A DNA stretch of 39,192 nt from Octopus bimaculoides (taxonomy: Eukaryota): assembly GCF_001194135.2 (NCBI RefSeq), contig NC_068991.1:34348761-34387952 (forward strand). Direction: 5' to 3'. How positions within the stretch are numbered: the stretch's first letter is position 1; each line of letters starts with the position of its first letter. Below the pieces are notes generated by a model. That model saw nothing but the letters and a program-made list of their open reading frames with translations. It ran no database searches and had not been told where the DNA came from. The translations under genes and the position numbers were made by a program. Positions 1 through 11,059 of this stretch are shown in pieces.

Positions 1-423
1 TATATATATATACATATATATATATATACATATATATATGTCTACATGTATATATATATATATATTTAGGTTGCAAATATGGAGATGTGTATCCATACAT
101 ACAAACATGGTACACAGTTACAAAACACTTACACACACAGACATGCACACACAAGGAGACAGAGGTGCATGCATATACAAACACACACTCACACACACAC
201 ATACACAAAAAAGTACACAAACTTGGACATGCAAGCACATGAATATGCAGAATACATACATACAGATGCACACACATACATACATATATACATATGCATA
301 CACACATATATACATATACACACATGCATATATACATACATACATACATGCATGCATGCATGCATAGGCACAGACACTGACCCACACACATGCGCACAAA
401 CAAACAAAAAGGAACGCAGTGTA
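1..423. repeat. TA/CA-rich compound microsatellite, low complexity
   Basis: Runs of (TA)n, (CA)n and (TACA)n up to the gap at 424. Confidence 0.9.
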
Positions 424-524
424 NNNNNNNNNNNNNNNNNNNNNNNNNNNNNNNNNNNNNNNNNNNNNNNNNNNNNNNNNNNNNNNNNNNNNNNNNNNNN
501 NNNNNNNNNNNNNNNNNNNNNNNA

Positions 525-1325
525 AAGTTCAGAGAGCTCTTACTTCTGCTGGTGACAAAGGGCCTCTCACTCACAGTAAAAGCAGACTGTATGACGCATG
601 GTAGTGAAACATGAGGCGTGACTGCTGAGGACATGCGTAAGCTCACAAGGAATGAAGCCAGTATGCTCCGATGGATGTGTAATGGCAGTGTGCATACTAG
701 ACAGAGTGTAAGTACCTTGAGAGAAAAGTTGTACCTAAGAAGCATCGGTTGTGGGGTGCAAGAGTGACGATTGTGCTGGTATGGTCATGTGACAAGAATG
801 GCTGAGGATAGCTGTGTGAAAAAGTGCCACACCCTAGCGGTTGAAGGAACCTGTGGAAGAGGTAGACCCAGGAAGACCTGAGATGAGGTGGTGAAGCATG
901 ACCTTTGAACTTTAGGCCTCACCGAGGCAATGACCAGTGACCGGGACCTTTGGAAATATGCAGTACGTGAGAAGACCAGGCAAAGCAAGTGAGAGCATAA
1001 TCTGAGGTCTCTGCCAGGGGTGTAGCCAGCCCACTTATGCATACCTTTCCTTTATTGGACAGTAAACTCTGTTTGCAAAGACCTGTTGAGGCAAATGAAA
1101 TCGATCCAAATTCGACGACTGGTACCCATGCCAAACTCTCCTTCAGTGAACACTAAACTCGGCTTGCGAAGACCTGTCGGAGCAAGTGAAATCAAAATCG
1201 TGATTGAACCAAATTCGATGACTGGCACCTGTGCCAGTGGAGCGCTAAGAGCACTGCCCGAGTGTGATCATTGCCAGAGCAGCTTCCTGGCTTCCGTGCC
1301 AGTGGCACGTAAATAGCACCATTTG
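525..1325 (+). mobile_element. RTE-clade LINE, 3' fragment (ORF C-terminus plus 3' UTR), decayed
   Basis: Reads KFRELL.LLVTKGLSL.VK...GSET.GVTAEDMRKLTRNEASMLRWMCN...WYGHVTRM...CGRGRPRKT. Homologous to the opposite-strand copy at about 36960-37470. Confidence 0.9.
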
Positions 1326-1364
1326 AGTGTGGATTTTATGCAAAAGATGTCTACCAACTTTGCA

Positions 1365-1403
1365 GAGTCCTGCAATGCATGAGTCCTGCAATGCATGAGT
1401 CCT
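1365..1403 (+). repeat. 16-bp tandem repeat (GAGTCCTGCAATGCAT x2.4)
   Basis: Exact period-16 repeat read directly. Confidence 0.9.
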
Positions 1404-2930
1404 CAAACAAGATGGCCATTAAAGTACTACACTACCTAAATAAGATTCCATATTTACAGTCCACTTAGCCTCCAACCCTATGCAAATTTGATGAGACTTC
1501 TCCCAAAGTTTCCTTCTCCCCTCTAAAAGTCTCAATACACTATGTACTCCAAATATGAAAACATATCTGATCACTTCAAATCAACAAAGCCATCAGTCCT
1601 GTTATTGTCTCTTACTTTACTCTCAAATTTTGAACTACAAAGCTGGCCATTATTTTTGTCAGCCACTCCAATTTTTCACTCTAGGAATCTACTGGAAGCA
1701 AGCCATAGTTTCTGCCATTTAAGGAAAGGCAGCTTTTCTGACCTAAACACTCTGAAGCTATTGTTGTCACTTTCAACAACTCATCTGAAGGAAACAATTA
1801 TTATCATTTTCTCCAACATGTTGAATCTCTTTCAATCTTCAGTGATCACCAGTATAATTACTCTAGAGTCAAGCCTGTCATTTACCAGTTGCCTGTTCCC
1901 CTAGATGGAAGCAATATTATTGAACTTAACATCAGAAAAGTAATTCATCATATCTGGCATGATTTTCTTGGCTAAGTTCTTCATTTATGGACTCTATACA
2001 TCTTTTTTCTTTTGGGTTTCTGATAAGATTGCACTATTTTAGCATGCATTCATGGAATCCTTCATGGCCTGCATTCTATCAACTCTGGTGTTCCTCAAGG
2101 TTCAGTTATATCACTTACACTTTTCTTCCTTTACATGAACAACCTTCTCAACGACACCTGTAGCAATACATACTTCTATGCAGATGATAAAATTCTTCAC
2201 TCTTCTTTAATCTTCTGTACATAGGCATCATTGGTATATAATATTGACATCTCACATGATATATGGACTGCTTCTACAAAAAGAGATCTCACAAATGTTC
2301 CCTGAAGTTTCCACAAAAACTGCGTGTATCAATAAAACAACCTTCTACCTCCCCTTTTTAGACTGTTCTGTCAAATTCTCAAAGTCAACCTCACAGCCTT
2401 TGATTCTCTTTCTTGAAATCTTACATTCATCTCATAACAAAGCAAAAATTGCATAAAATTGCATTCCCAGGGACTAGCTTTTATCCTCAGAGCCAGAAAA
2501 TACTTCATTTTGCAACAATTATTCTTTACAAAGCTCAGATGAGACTTCACAATGAAATACTGCTCCCACATCTGAGAAAAGACTGCTGTTAGACATGCAG
2601 AAATCTTAGCCTGCATCCAGAAGCAAGCTAACCAGTTGATTTTTAAAATCTCACTCAATAATGCACTTCAGCCTTTACCCTACAAACATGCTCTCTTCTC
2701 AACTTGGTTATTTTGAAACTACTACAATTGCTTCTATTCCTTAAAACAGAAGCAATTATAGTAGTGTCAAAATAGCCTATTCACCACCCAAGCCCACCTG
2801 GCACACCCATCTCTTCTCATGACCTGTATAGTGTACTTCCATTCCCTGTAGGCCCTACACCATGCTCAGTTCTTCCTCTCCAAAACAATGTTAAACCTTT
2901 GAAATTTCCTTTTCACCTACATTTTACTTG
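1404..2930 (+). mobile_element. Decayed CR1/L2/Jockey-group LINE reverse transcriptase
   Basis: From 2078 reads INSGVPQGSVISLTLFFLYMNNLL...YFYADD (RT motifs). Downstream LYKAQMR...MKYCSHI resembles the thumb region. Frameshifts and stops are present. Confidence 0.85.
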
Positions 2931-3159
2931 CAAATATCAATTTATAGAAATAAAAATTAACATCAACTGTTTCATTTTCACCAGTTTTGAAGAGCCCTTA
3001 AAAATTTTGGACACAACCTCCTTTTCACCTGACTAATCTTTGAAAAAGAGAGGCATACTATCTTTATGTTCTGAATAAGGAACCCATTGCAAAAATATCA
3101 GAATATTATGTGACACAGAATCACTTTGTTTAACTTATGATATTAACCATTTATATCTT

Positions 3160-3512
3160 CTTTTATCTTGTACTTGTTTCAGTCATTTGGCTGTAGCAAT
3201 GTTGGGGCACCATCTTGAAGGGTTTAGTCAAACAATTCAACCCCAATACTTACTTTAAAGTCTGTACTTATTATGTTGACCACTTTTGCTGAATCACTAA
3301 GTTACAGGAATATAAACAAACTAACACTGATTGTCAAGTAGTGGTGGAGCTAACACAAACATACACACATATACAATAGACTTCCACACAGTTTCCACCT
3401 ACCAAATTCACTCACAAGGCATTGGTTGGCCCAGGTCTTTAGTAGAAAACACCCAAGATGATACACAGTGGAAATGTATCCAAAACCACATTGTTGCAAA
3501 ATGCTTGCACTT
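3160..3512 (-). mobile_element. Old copy of tRNA-derived SINE family 1
   Basis: Diverged match to the copies at 14619-14990 and 20896-21280, including the tacttgtttcagtcatttg tail and ccaaattcactcacaaggc body. Confidence 0.75.
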
Positions 3513-3874
3513 ATAAAATAAAGGTTGTGGTGAGATCAATATATGTAAAATAAATGTATTTTCACTTTTTAGTTTTTTTAGTTAACCCAGAACATTTGCA
3601 TCATGTTTTTTCTCACTCAGTTTTTTCTCCCCTCTTCTATTACTGATCTCTCTACATTCTCATTTTCTAATTTGGAGATTCTTATTTTCTCTTCCCTTGT
3701 GGTTTTTGTCAATTTAAATTGGTGGTGGTGCTGTATGTAGAGGGTGGTGAAGAAGTATAAGATGAGTAAGTCGAACAATGGAAATGTGGCATTAATATTT
3801 CTCTCAAAACATTTCACTTTTAAATGTTTCAAATATAGGTAAAATTCTCTTGAATTTTCTTTGTATTTTGGTAG

Positions 3875-4022
3875 CAAGTAGCTGAGCAACAAGTACGCAA
3901 CCAAGAAGTTGGCATGATGACAGAATTAGTCAGAGATTTTTTAGATCCTGCTGATTTTTACAAAGCATTGCATAATATAGGCATAGAATACTTCTGTGGT
4001 GTTCCTGATTCTTTGTTAAAAG
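3875..4022 (+). CDS. ppd: Phosphonopyruvate decarboxylase-like gene, first coding exon visible in the window
   Basis: Acceptor ttttctttgtattttggTAG| at 3874 and donor AAG|GTAAGT at 4023 (phase 1). Open frame QVAEQQVRNQEVGMMTELVRDFLDPADFYKALHNIGIEYFCGVPDSLLK contains the F(C/T)GVPDSLLK motif of Ppd N-termini. Not in the ORF track. Confidence 0.93.
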
Positions 4023-4349
4023 GTAAGTATGAAATTATGCTTAAATATTGATGTCCAAAATAAATATTTATTTTGTATGTAGCTGTTTGTTTATGTGTAG
4101 TAAATTCTGTTGACATAACATTTTCTAGACAACATCTTGGAACTTGGATTACCAAGTATTACTAAATGCATCAATACTTATACAGAGGTCTTGTGTCATC
4201 TTGTGAACAAAGCTTAAGATTAGGGACAATGTATTTTGCCACTATGATATGGTTGTTCCATAAAGAACTATGTTACTACATTTTAACGCCCCTACTCACA
4301 ATATATAAACAGAGATGCAATAGACAGCCACTGATCTCATAAGGAGCAA

Positions 4350-4926
4350 AATAGCTAGTTCTAAACATCTCTAAATGAGATATATAAGTAGTAACAATAC
4401 TACACAGTAACATTTTTGCCACTATAACATGGCTGTTCTATAAAGAACTATGTTACTACATTTTAACCCCAAGAAAACATCTTTTCCAGCGAGTTAACAA
4501 TACACAAACTGTGAATAAGGGAGTGAACCACTCCCCTCCAGCTTGGCAAGACTAGTAAACCATGCTTTCTGGGTCTTTACCCTATGAGATCAGCAACTGT
4601 CTGCTGCTTCTATGTTTATATATTGTGAGTAGGAGTGAGTGACTGCCATCTCTAGCAGGCAGGTGTCCAGTACTGATGAAGGGTAAAGACCCAGAAACCA
4701 TGGTCTACTAGTCTTGCCCAGCTGGTGGGGAGTGGTTTGCTCCCTTACCCATGAAATATCGGACACAGTTTGTATGTCGTTAACCAGCTGGAATAGACAT
4801 TTTCCTGGGGTTAAAATGTAGTAACATAGTTCTTTATGGAACAGCCATGTTATAATGGCAAAAAAATGTTGCTGTCTAGTATTGTTACAACTTATATCTT
4901 GTTTAGAGATTTCAGAACTAGCTATT
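4350..4926. repeat. Long imperfect inverted repeat (fold-back or MITE-like), arms about 4350-4583 and 4679-4926
   Basis: Arm segments are reverse complements: aagaactatgttactacattttaacccc / ggggttaaaatgtagtaacatagttctt and ctgggtctttaccct / agggtaaagacccag. Confidence 0.9.
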
Positions 4927-5089
4927 AGGATTAATATATTCCTGAAATTCTTGGTTTCCAGTAGTATTTATCTATTTATTTATGCATTTCAGCCAAGTAG
5001 CTGTGGTCATGCTGGAGCACCACCGTGACTTTCCGTCTTTATGCTGTGCTCTCTTCACGTTCCTTGCATGGCTCTTCTCCTCCACCTGA

Positions 5090-5310
5090 TATAGTCCAAT
5101 CAAGATTTTTGATGGCACATCTGGTGTATAAGAGAATTTGATATCGCTGCCCTAAACTGTGTCTCATTTCGAGCCATTGGTTCATCTGGTATCATGGAGA
5201 GGAAAGTGTCGAGTTTTGTTTTGAAGACCTCTATATCCATGTCTTGCAGGTCTCTCAACTGTTTTGGTAGGGCATTAAAGAGCTGAGGTCCTCTGGACAT
5301 TTTCAGAAAT
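5090..5310 (-). mobile_element. 3' end fragment of a CR1-like LINE ORF2
   Basis: RGPQLFNALPKQLRDL...FKTKLDTFLSMIPDEP...AAISNSL is a typical CR1-group C-terminus. Confidence 0.75.
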
Positions 5311-5353
5311 AATCTACTGTCACATTTTTATTGCAAAAGAGTCATGTTCCAGT

Positions 5354-8194
5354 TTCTTAAAGTTATTTAGTTTAATATGAAGAGATTCTTATTTGAACAA
5401 AGCAATGATATTTAATGCAAGTATCGAAAAAGTATGGATATTGTTTATGCTACCAAGCTTTGAAAGTTGCAAAAATTTATATTATTATACACAGTATTGT
5501 GACTGATATAACTTCATTGATTGAGACTTTTCAATAACAAGTCAGATGTCAAAGATGAATAAACTTATTTATACATAAGAAAAACTTGAGATATTCAGAG
5601 AAATGCTGGGTGTGTGATTAGAAGTTATCCTGATTATATTATTTCATCACTTTTTGGAGTTGAAAAATACCTGTTCAATAACTGTAGTCATTTTGTCTTT
5701 AGATCTGCCCTCTGGAAGACTTCATTAACAAGAACATGACAAACAATCTTCTAGTTCCGCTAACATTTCTCAACCAAATAAGAAAAGAAGATGATCTTCA
5801 ATTAGGCACTGTCTTCTTTTATACTTGAAACTTTGCAAGTGAAGCTGTATAGCAACAATGAAAGCATTTACTGCACTTATGTCAATCATGTTGTAGAATA
5901 TAACCATAGGCCATCTTTGAGTCATTCTTTTGCAAGTGTATGTCCTTACCATCCTATCTTGAGTATCTACTCCTTTTGTTTTGTTGTAACATGTAATAAC
6001 TTCAGGTTTCTTTTCAGCATTTTTTGGATCAATTGAAGGCTGAGAGTGCATTGTACTCATAAGTGTGACTACATAATTTTTCTTGGGACAAAGAGATAAG
6101 ATCATAGAATTCTTTTGAAATCCAAATATTGTGCTGTTGATTTCTCTTTCTTTTTGATTTGTAAAAGCACTTGAAAGTTCAACTCTGTTCTTTCTAATTG
6201 TTCCAACTAAAGTAGTTTTCTTGCTAAGTAGCTTTTGAGCCAATCCTACACTTGTAAGAAAGTTATCACAAGTTATATTGTGACCAGTATTTTCAAGTTC
6301 TTTTATTAGGTCTTCAAATAACTCTTGAACCTTGATTTGTCTCTCTCCATTTAACTGGGTCTTTTCCAGTGTAGATTTGCTTTTTCCAGGCATAAGATGT
6401 TTCACTGTCGCATATTGCCCAAATTTTAATTCCATATTTCCCTGGTTTTGAAGGAATATATACCCGAAATGGGCAGCGCCCTCTGAATGAAACTAATTGT
6501 TCATCAACTGTCATGTATGAACTTGGAACATATCTATCTTGCAAATACTGATTCCACATTTCAAATACTTCTCTTGTGGGCTCCAATTTATCATCACCTC
6601 TCTTTTTTCTTCTTGCACTAGCATCATCAAAACGCAATACTTGTAAAATCTGTTGAAATCTTCCCTGGCTCATAATTTTGTTGAATATTTGGCGGTCGTC
6701 TTCTTGACTCCATTTTCATGTTTAGATTTATGAACACTTATAAGAATAGTCAGTCTAATAAATTTCTTTAGTTCAGAGTGATTAATTTCCTTCCGTTTAT
6801 CTTTGTAAACAACCTGACCTTCAAGAAGCACCTCAAGAAGATTCTGGTGCATAAAGATAGTAAAACATTTCAATGCTATCGCAAGACCTTTTAGCAAAAC
6901 AGGATGGTCCACATTCTTGGCGCACAATATTGCAAGATAAAGTTCTTACTGCTGCTTGAGTAAGAGGATCAGAATGTCAAACTTCTTGTCTGTCGCTGGA
7001 AACATATTGCTCATTCATAATTTGGTGGCTTGCAGATAATTGTTTTGAGTATCTTCATCATCTGATGACACAGAACCTAAACTGTCCAGCACACAATCAC
7101 TTTCACCATCATCTTCAGAGCAATAGAAGGAATCACTACTAACTTCTTCCCATTCTTCATCTAATTCCAATAACCTTTTTGATATTTGGTCTTCACTCAA
7201 GTTTTCATGTCTAAGCATATTGGAAAGCACAACTGAACTACATGAAACTTGATAGCAGACTAAAGGCAGATATTGCTCTCTCACATATATTGATACAATA
7301 TATTGTAAGAATTGTGTCATCACATAGAAATATTACACCACCCTATAATCTAGCAGATTGAAGGTGATGCAATACCGCACAAATTTGCAGGAATATTTTC
7401 ATAATTTTTCCTATTTTATCTCAAATTCAGCAAATAAATTGAATACAATTTTATCTATTTTATATATGATAAATATCTAGGAAAATAATATTTGAAACTG
7501 ATTTTATTCTGTTTAGAATGACAAGAGTATTGTCTGAATTTAATTCGAGGGTCCAATGGACCCAAACAGTAATTAAGCAGTAAATAAAGTGAAATTTCAT
7601 AGCTTTTATAAACATATGGAAAATTTCCCGTTTGACAAATAAAAGAGATTCAAGAAAAAATAAGTCACAAGAAATCAACAGAATCAAATAATATCTGGTC
7701 ACCACATGCCAGTCAAATCTCACTGCTACAATATACAGAATATCAGCAAATAGCCAGCAGGCTTATTAAAAATTAATTATTAGTGATGATTTCCAGTAGA
7801 ATGAAAGGGTGTGATATGGGAGTTCCAGCACCCTTGACAGATGATTCTCATTTGCTACAATCTATGAGTGTGCTTTTATGCACCAAACACCTATATGAGA
7901 GAACCTCCCAAGGCTAATAATGCAGTATTCAGTGTTCTAACATGCTAAGTTGAATATAAAAATTACCTTTTGGTATTAATGCTACTTCTGTCACTAATGA
8001 TTAATATTTAAAAAGTCTAAATTAACTTAAACACTGAACATGAGCTCTTAAAGTTATTTAGTTTAACATGAAAAGATTCTTATTTGAACAAGACAATGTA
8101 ATTTAATGTGAGTATTGAAAAAATACAGATATTGTTTATGCTACCAAGCTTTGAGAGTTGTAAAAATTTATATTATCAGACACAGTATTGTGAC
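5354..8194 (+). repeat. Pair of about 150-bp diverged direct repeats (about 5354-5512 and 8046-8194)
   Basis: Shared segments include cttaaagttatttagtttaa, gattcttatttgaacaa, gatattgtttatgctaccaagctttga and acacagtattgtgac. Confidence 0.85.
5700..7581 (-). mobile_element. piggyBac (PGBD4-like) DNA transposon, frameshifted transposase
   Basis: ORFs 7015-7323, 6670-6927, 6314-6673 and 5770-6435 give an acidic N-terminus, MTVDEQLVSFRGRCPFRVYIPSKPGKYGIKIW, NITCDNFLTS and YNKTKG-VDTQD (DDD triad). Subterminal palindrome GGGTCCAATGGACCC at 7549-7563. Confidence 0.93.
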
Positions 8195-8393
8195 CAACAT
8201 TTAATTTCACCATCCCACTACAAAACCATCAGCACCTCCATTTGGCCAACACATATATTTAGCACATATAGTTAGCATATATTTCTCCACTACCTGCACA
8301 TTATTATGGTCATTGACATAATCTCTCTCTCTCTCACACACACACACACATGCCTACACACATTTTTATATGTTTATTATTTTATTCTTTTAG

Positions 8394-8524
8394 ACTTTTG
8401 TGCATATATTGCTGAAACATCACCGAAGGATAGACATATCATTACAGCCAATGAGGGCAGTGCAGTAGCTTTAGCAACAGGCTACCATCTTGCAACTGGA
8501 AAATCAAGTTTGGTTTACCTCCAG
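8394..8524 (+). CDS. ppd: Phosphonopyruvate decarboxylase-like gene, second visible exon
   Basis: Acceptor ttttattctttTAG| and donor CAG|GTAAGA (phase 0). The split codon G|AC gives Asp, then FCAYIAETSPKDRHIITANEGSAVALATGYHLATGKSSLVYLQ, including the ANEG motif with the ThDP-activating Glu. Confidence 0.95.
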
Positions 8525-8999
8525 GTAAGATAACCTATTAGCATTGATATGAGCTTTGAGAACATAAATAGATGAAGTGGGATTTTACATTAGATATATC
8601 AATACAATTGTTGAGAACAAAATTACCATTGTAACTAGAAGATATAGTCTAATTTATATTCACAAACCAGACACTTGCTGCCACTTTGTAACTGCTCAAC
8701 TAAACTTCTCTCTTTTTTTTCTTCTTTGCCTGGTGAGCTTCAGCAAAAGTTGTAGTCTTTCAGTGCAAAAGCATCAAGCTGCAACATGTTTCAGCTGTTG
8801 GGATTGATAAACCACCACTGTAAATGTATTGCAAATATAAAGTGCATAATATATAGAATTAAACATCAACAATGTTCATGCTGTGCACATGTAGGCATTT
8901 TAATTGGCTGTATAAGTGTTCTAAGTTGCAGGTCACCAATGAAAAATCATTAATATCTGGTTATTAGTAGGATGTAAGGACCATAAAGAAATCATTGTT

Positions 9000-9850
9000 G
9001 CATAGTTCAACAATTCATTCATTTGCCACAAAGATTATCCAACATAATGGCCTGATAGTTTGCAACAGCAAAAGATGAAATGTTTTTTTAAATGTGTATA
9101 ACTGTGACGGGCAAATGCATTAGTTTATTAGTTGACCTTGCTGTAAACATAATAAAAATGGTGAAGATGATAGTGTAGGTAAGCCTTATTTCTTTGAGTT
9201 GAAGAAAAGTATTTAGCACTAGTTTGATGGATCCTATAATGCTATCTGATGACTGCAACATAGCACTAGATTGCATATTTCTATGTGAGAAAGAGATGAA
9301 GTTTGAACAATTACTTATATGATATTGTTTGCAGATGAGAGTATTTGATGAGCATTAAAAGAGATTAATCTAGAGAGGAAGCTATTTGAGAGACATATAA
9401 GAAAACCCAGGCTGACCTATTTTCCAGCTGCAACCAAGATGATCTCTGTCTGGAGCTAAAAGTCATGAGTTTATTTATATAATCTCAAAAAAAGGTTCTT
9501 TTTGTATTTTCACATGGTAATGAAAATGGTTCTTTTGATGTCTGCTGACATTTGTCATATCCACTAGCTATCATAAAAATTACCAGATATGGTAATATTA
9601 ATGAAATGTAATTCCAAATTCAGACAGAAGTGCTGTAAGATCAAATCTTGGAAGTGGTCTACTACAATGTAATGAGATGTGTTGGTTCTAAACAATAAAA
9701 ACTTGGATTAGGTTGATAACATGTCTGTCAAAGATTTCTTATTTTATATTTCCACATAAAGTATGAAGGTCTTGAAATACTGGGATTGTAAAATTCTTCA
9801 TTTATAGCCTACAATAGCATCGTTTGATTTCCAATACATAGTAGTCATGG
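9000..9850 (+). mobile_element. Possible very old mariner-like transposase remnant
   Basis: Only faint resemblance to the mariner LGWEVLPHPPYSPDLAPSDF block near 9760-9830. No intact motif. Confidence 0.25.
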
Positions 9851-10494
9851 GAGTGAGAGTCAACAAAATTATTTACATGTCTGCCATCACATAATTTTGT
9901 CACTTTTTGTAAGAAAATGATGTGTAACATTGATCATATATGAAATTGCTTGTTGATCCATATTTTGTCAATAAGGTAGTCATTACATTTTCTAACTGTC
10001 TCCATGATAATCATGTCTTCATATCCAGCAATAAAAAGACTTCTTTCATATTTTGAAAATTATTTTGATAAGAAAGTTGCAGGCCTTCCAACTTGAGGCA
10101 GCATGAAACCTAGAGCAGATTCTGATTATATTTCTAGATTTTTGTAGTCATTTTTAGCAACTGTTTGTTCATAGCAGTAGCACTGTTTGGTGTTTCCTGT
10201 TGTTTACTAACTTCAATGTAAATTTCACTTCTGTAACTATCTTGTAACTATTTCAGCATTTTTGGATGCTTTTGCATAATTGATAGTTTATGTAACAGCT
10301 CAATTAAGTGAGAGATTGTTTGATTGTCTAGAGCTTATAGAAATGAGTTTACAAATGAATACACAAAATACCCAAGCAACTCATTCTTCAGCTTCAAAAG
10401 TACAGTCTCATGGAAATGTCATAGAATTGTCATGTACTGACTTATAAATTCATTTTGATCCTAGTGATAAGTAGATATCTAACAATTTATATAC

Positions 10495-10550
10495 TCTTTT
10501 GCTCTTTTACTTGTTTCAGTCATTTGACTGCGGCCATGCTGGAGCACTGC
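10495..10550 (-). mobile_element. 3' tail fragment of SINE family 1
   Basis: ctcttttacttgtttcagtcatttgactgcggccatgctggagcac. Similar stubs at about 4985-5025 and 18358-18405. Confidence 0.85.
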
Positions 10551-11059
10551 CAATCTTTACAAAAATAGAACCAAATAGGTCAGGGATTCATTATAGTCTA
10601 TATAATGTGCAATGAAATTAAAAACTTACATTATAGAGTAATTTGATTTTTATCAAAATTTGTACTTTGTTGGCATCTCTAATAATTATTGGGGAGTGTG
10701 GAAGAAGAATTATTGAATACAGTCTACCATTACTACCATCTGTTATTATTGAAAAATTTCCATCAAATTGTCCAGTTTCACAATGGTTTTTTTATTGACT
10801 ATTATTCAGTTGAATAAATTTTTGTAAGAGCTATACTCAACTAAATAACAAAGTCTGGAGCATCAAAATGGTAGTCATTTTAAATGGTACTGATCAAATG
10901 ACTGTCTTGTTGAGTTAATTGATTTAGTAATTAAATTATTAGATTTAGGACTGGTAGATAATTCCATAATAGTTTTCTTTTCTGTTTGTATGTGATATAG
11001 TTACCTTGTTGAGTTGTTTGTTCAGATCACAGTAAAGATGAACTTCTGAAGATGTCTTA

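Noticed and set aside
38-555. ORFs of 93-158 aa rich in H/T/Y/I or C/V
   Set aside because: Translations of TA/CA microsatellite, some running through Ns.
5770-7323. Domesticated PGBD gene nested antisense in the ppd intron
   Set aside because: The transposase is split by several frameshifts with no splice signals that would repair them, and no C-terminal cysteine-rich domain is seen.
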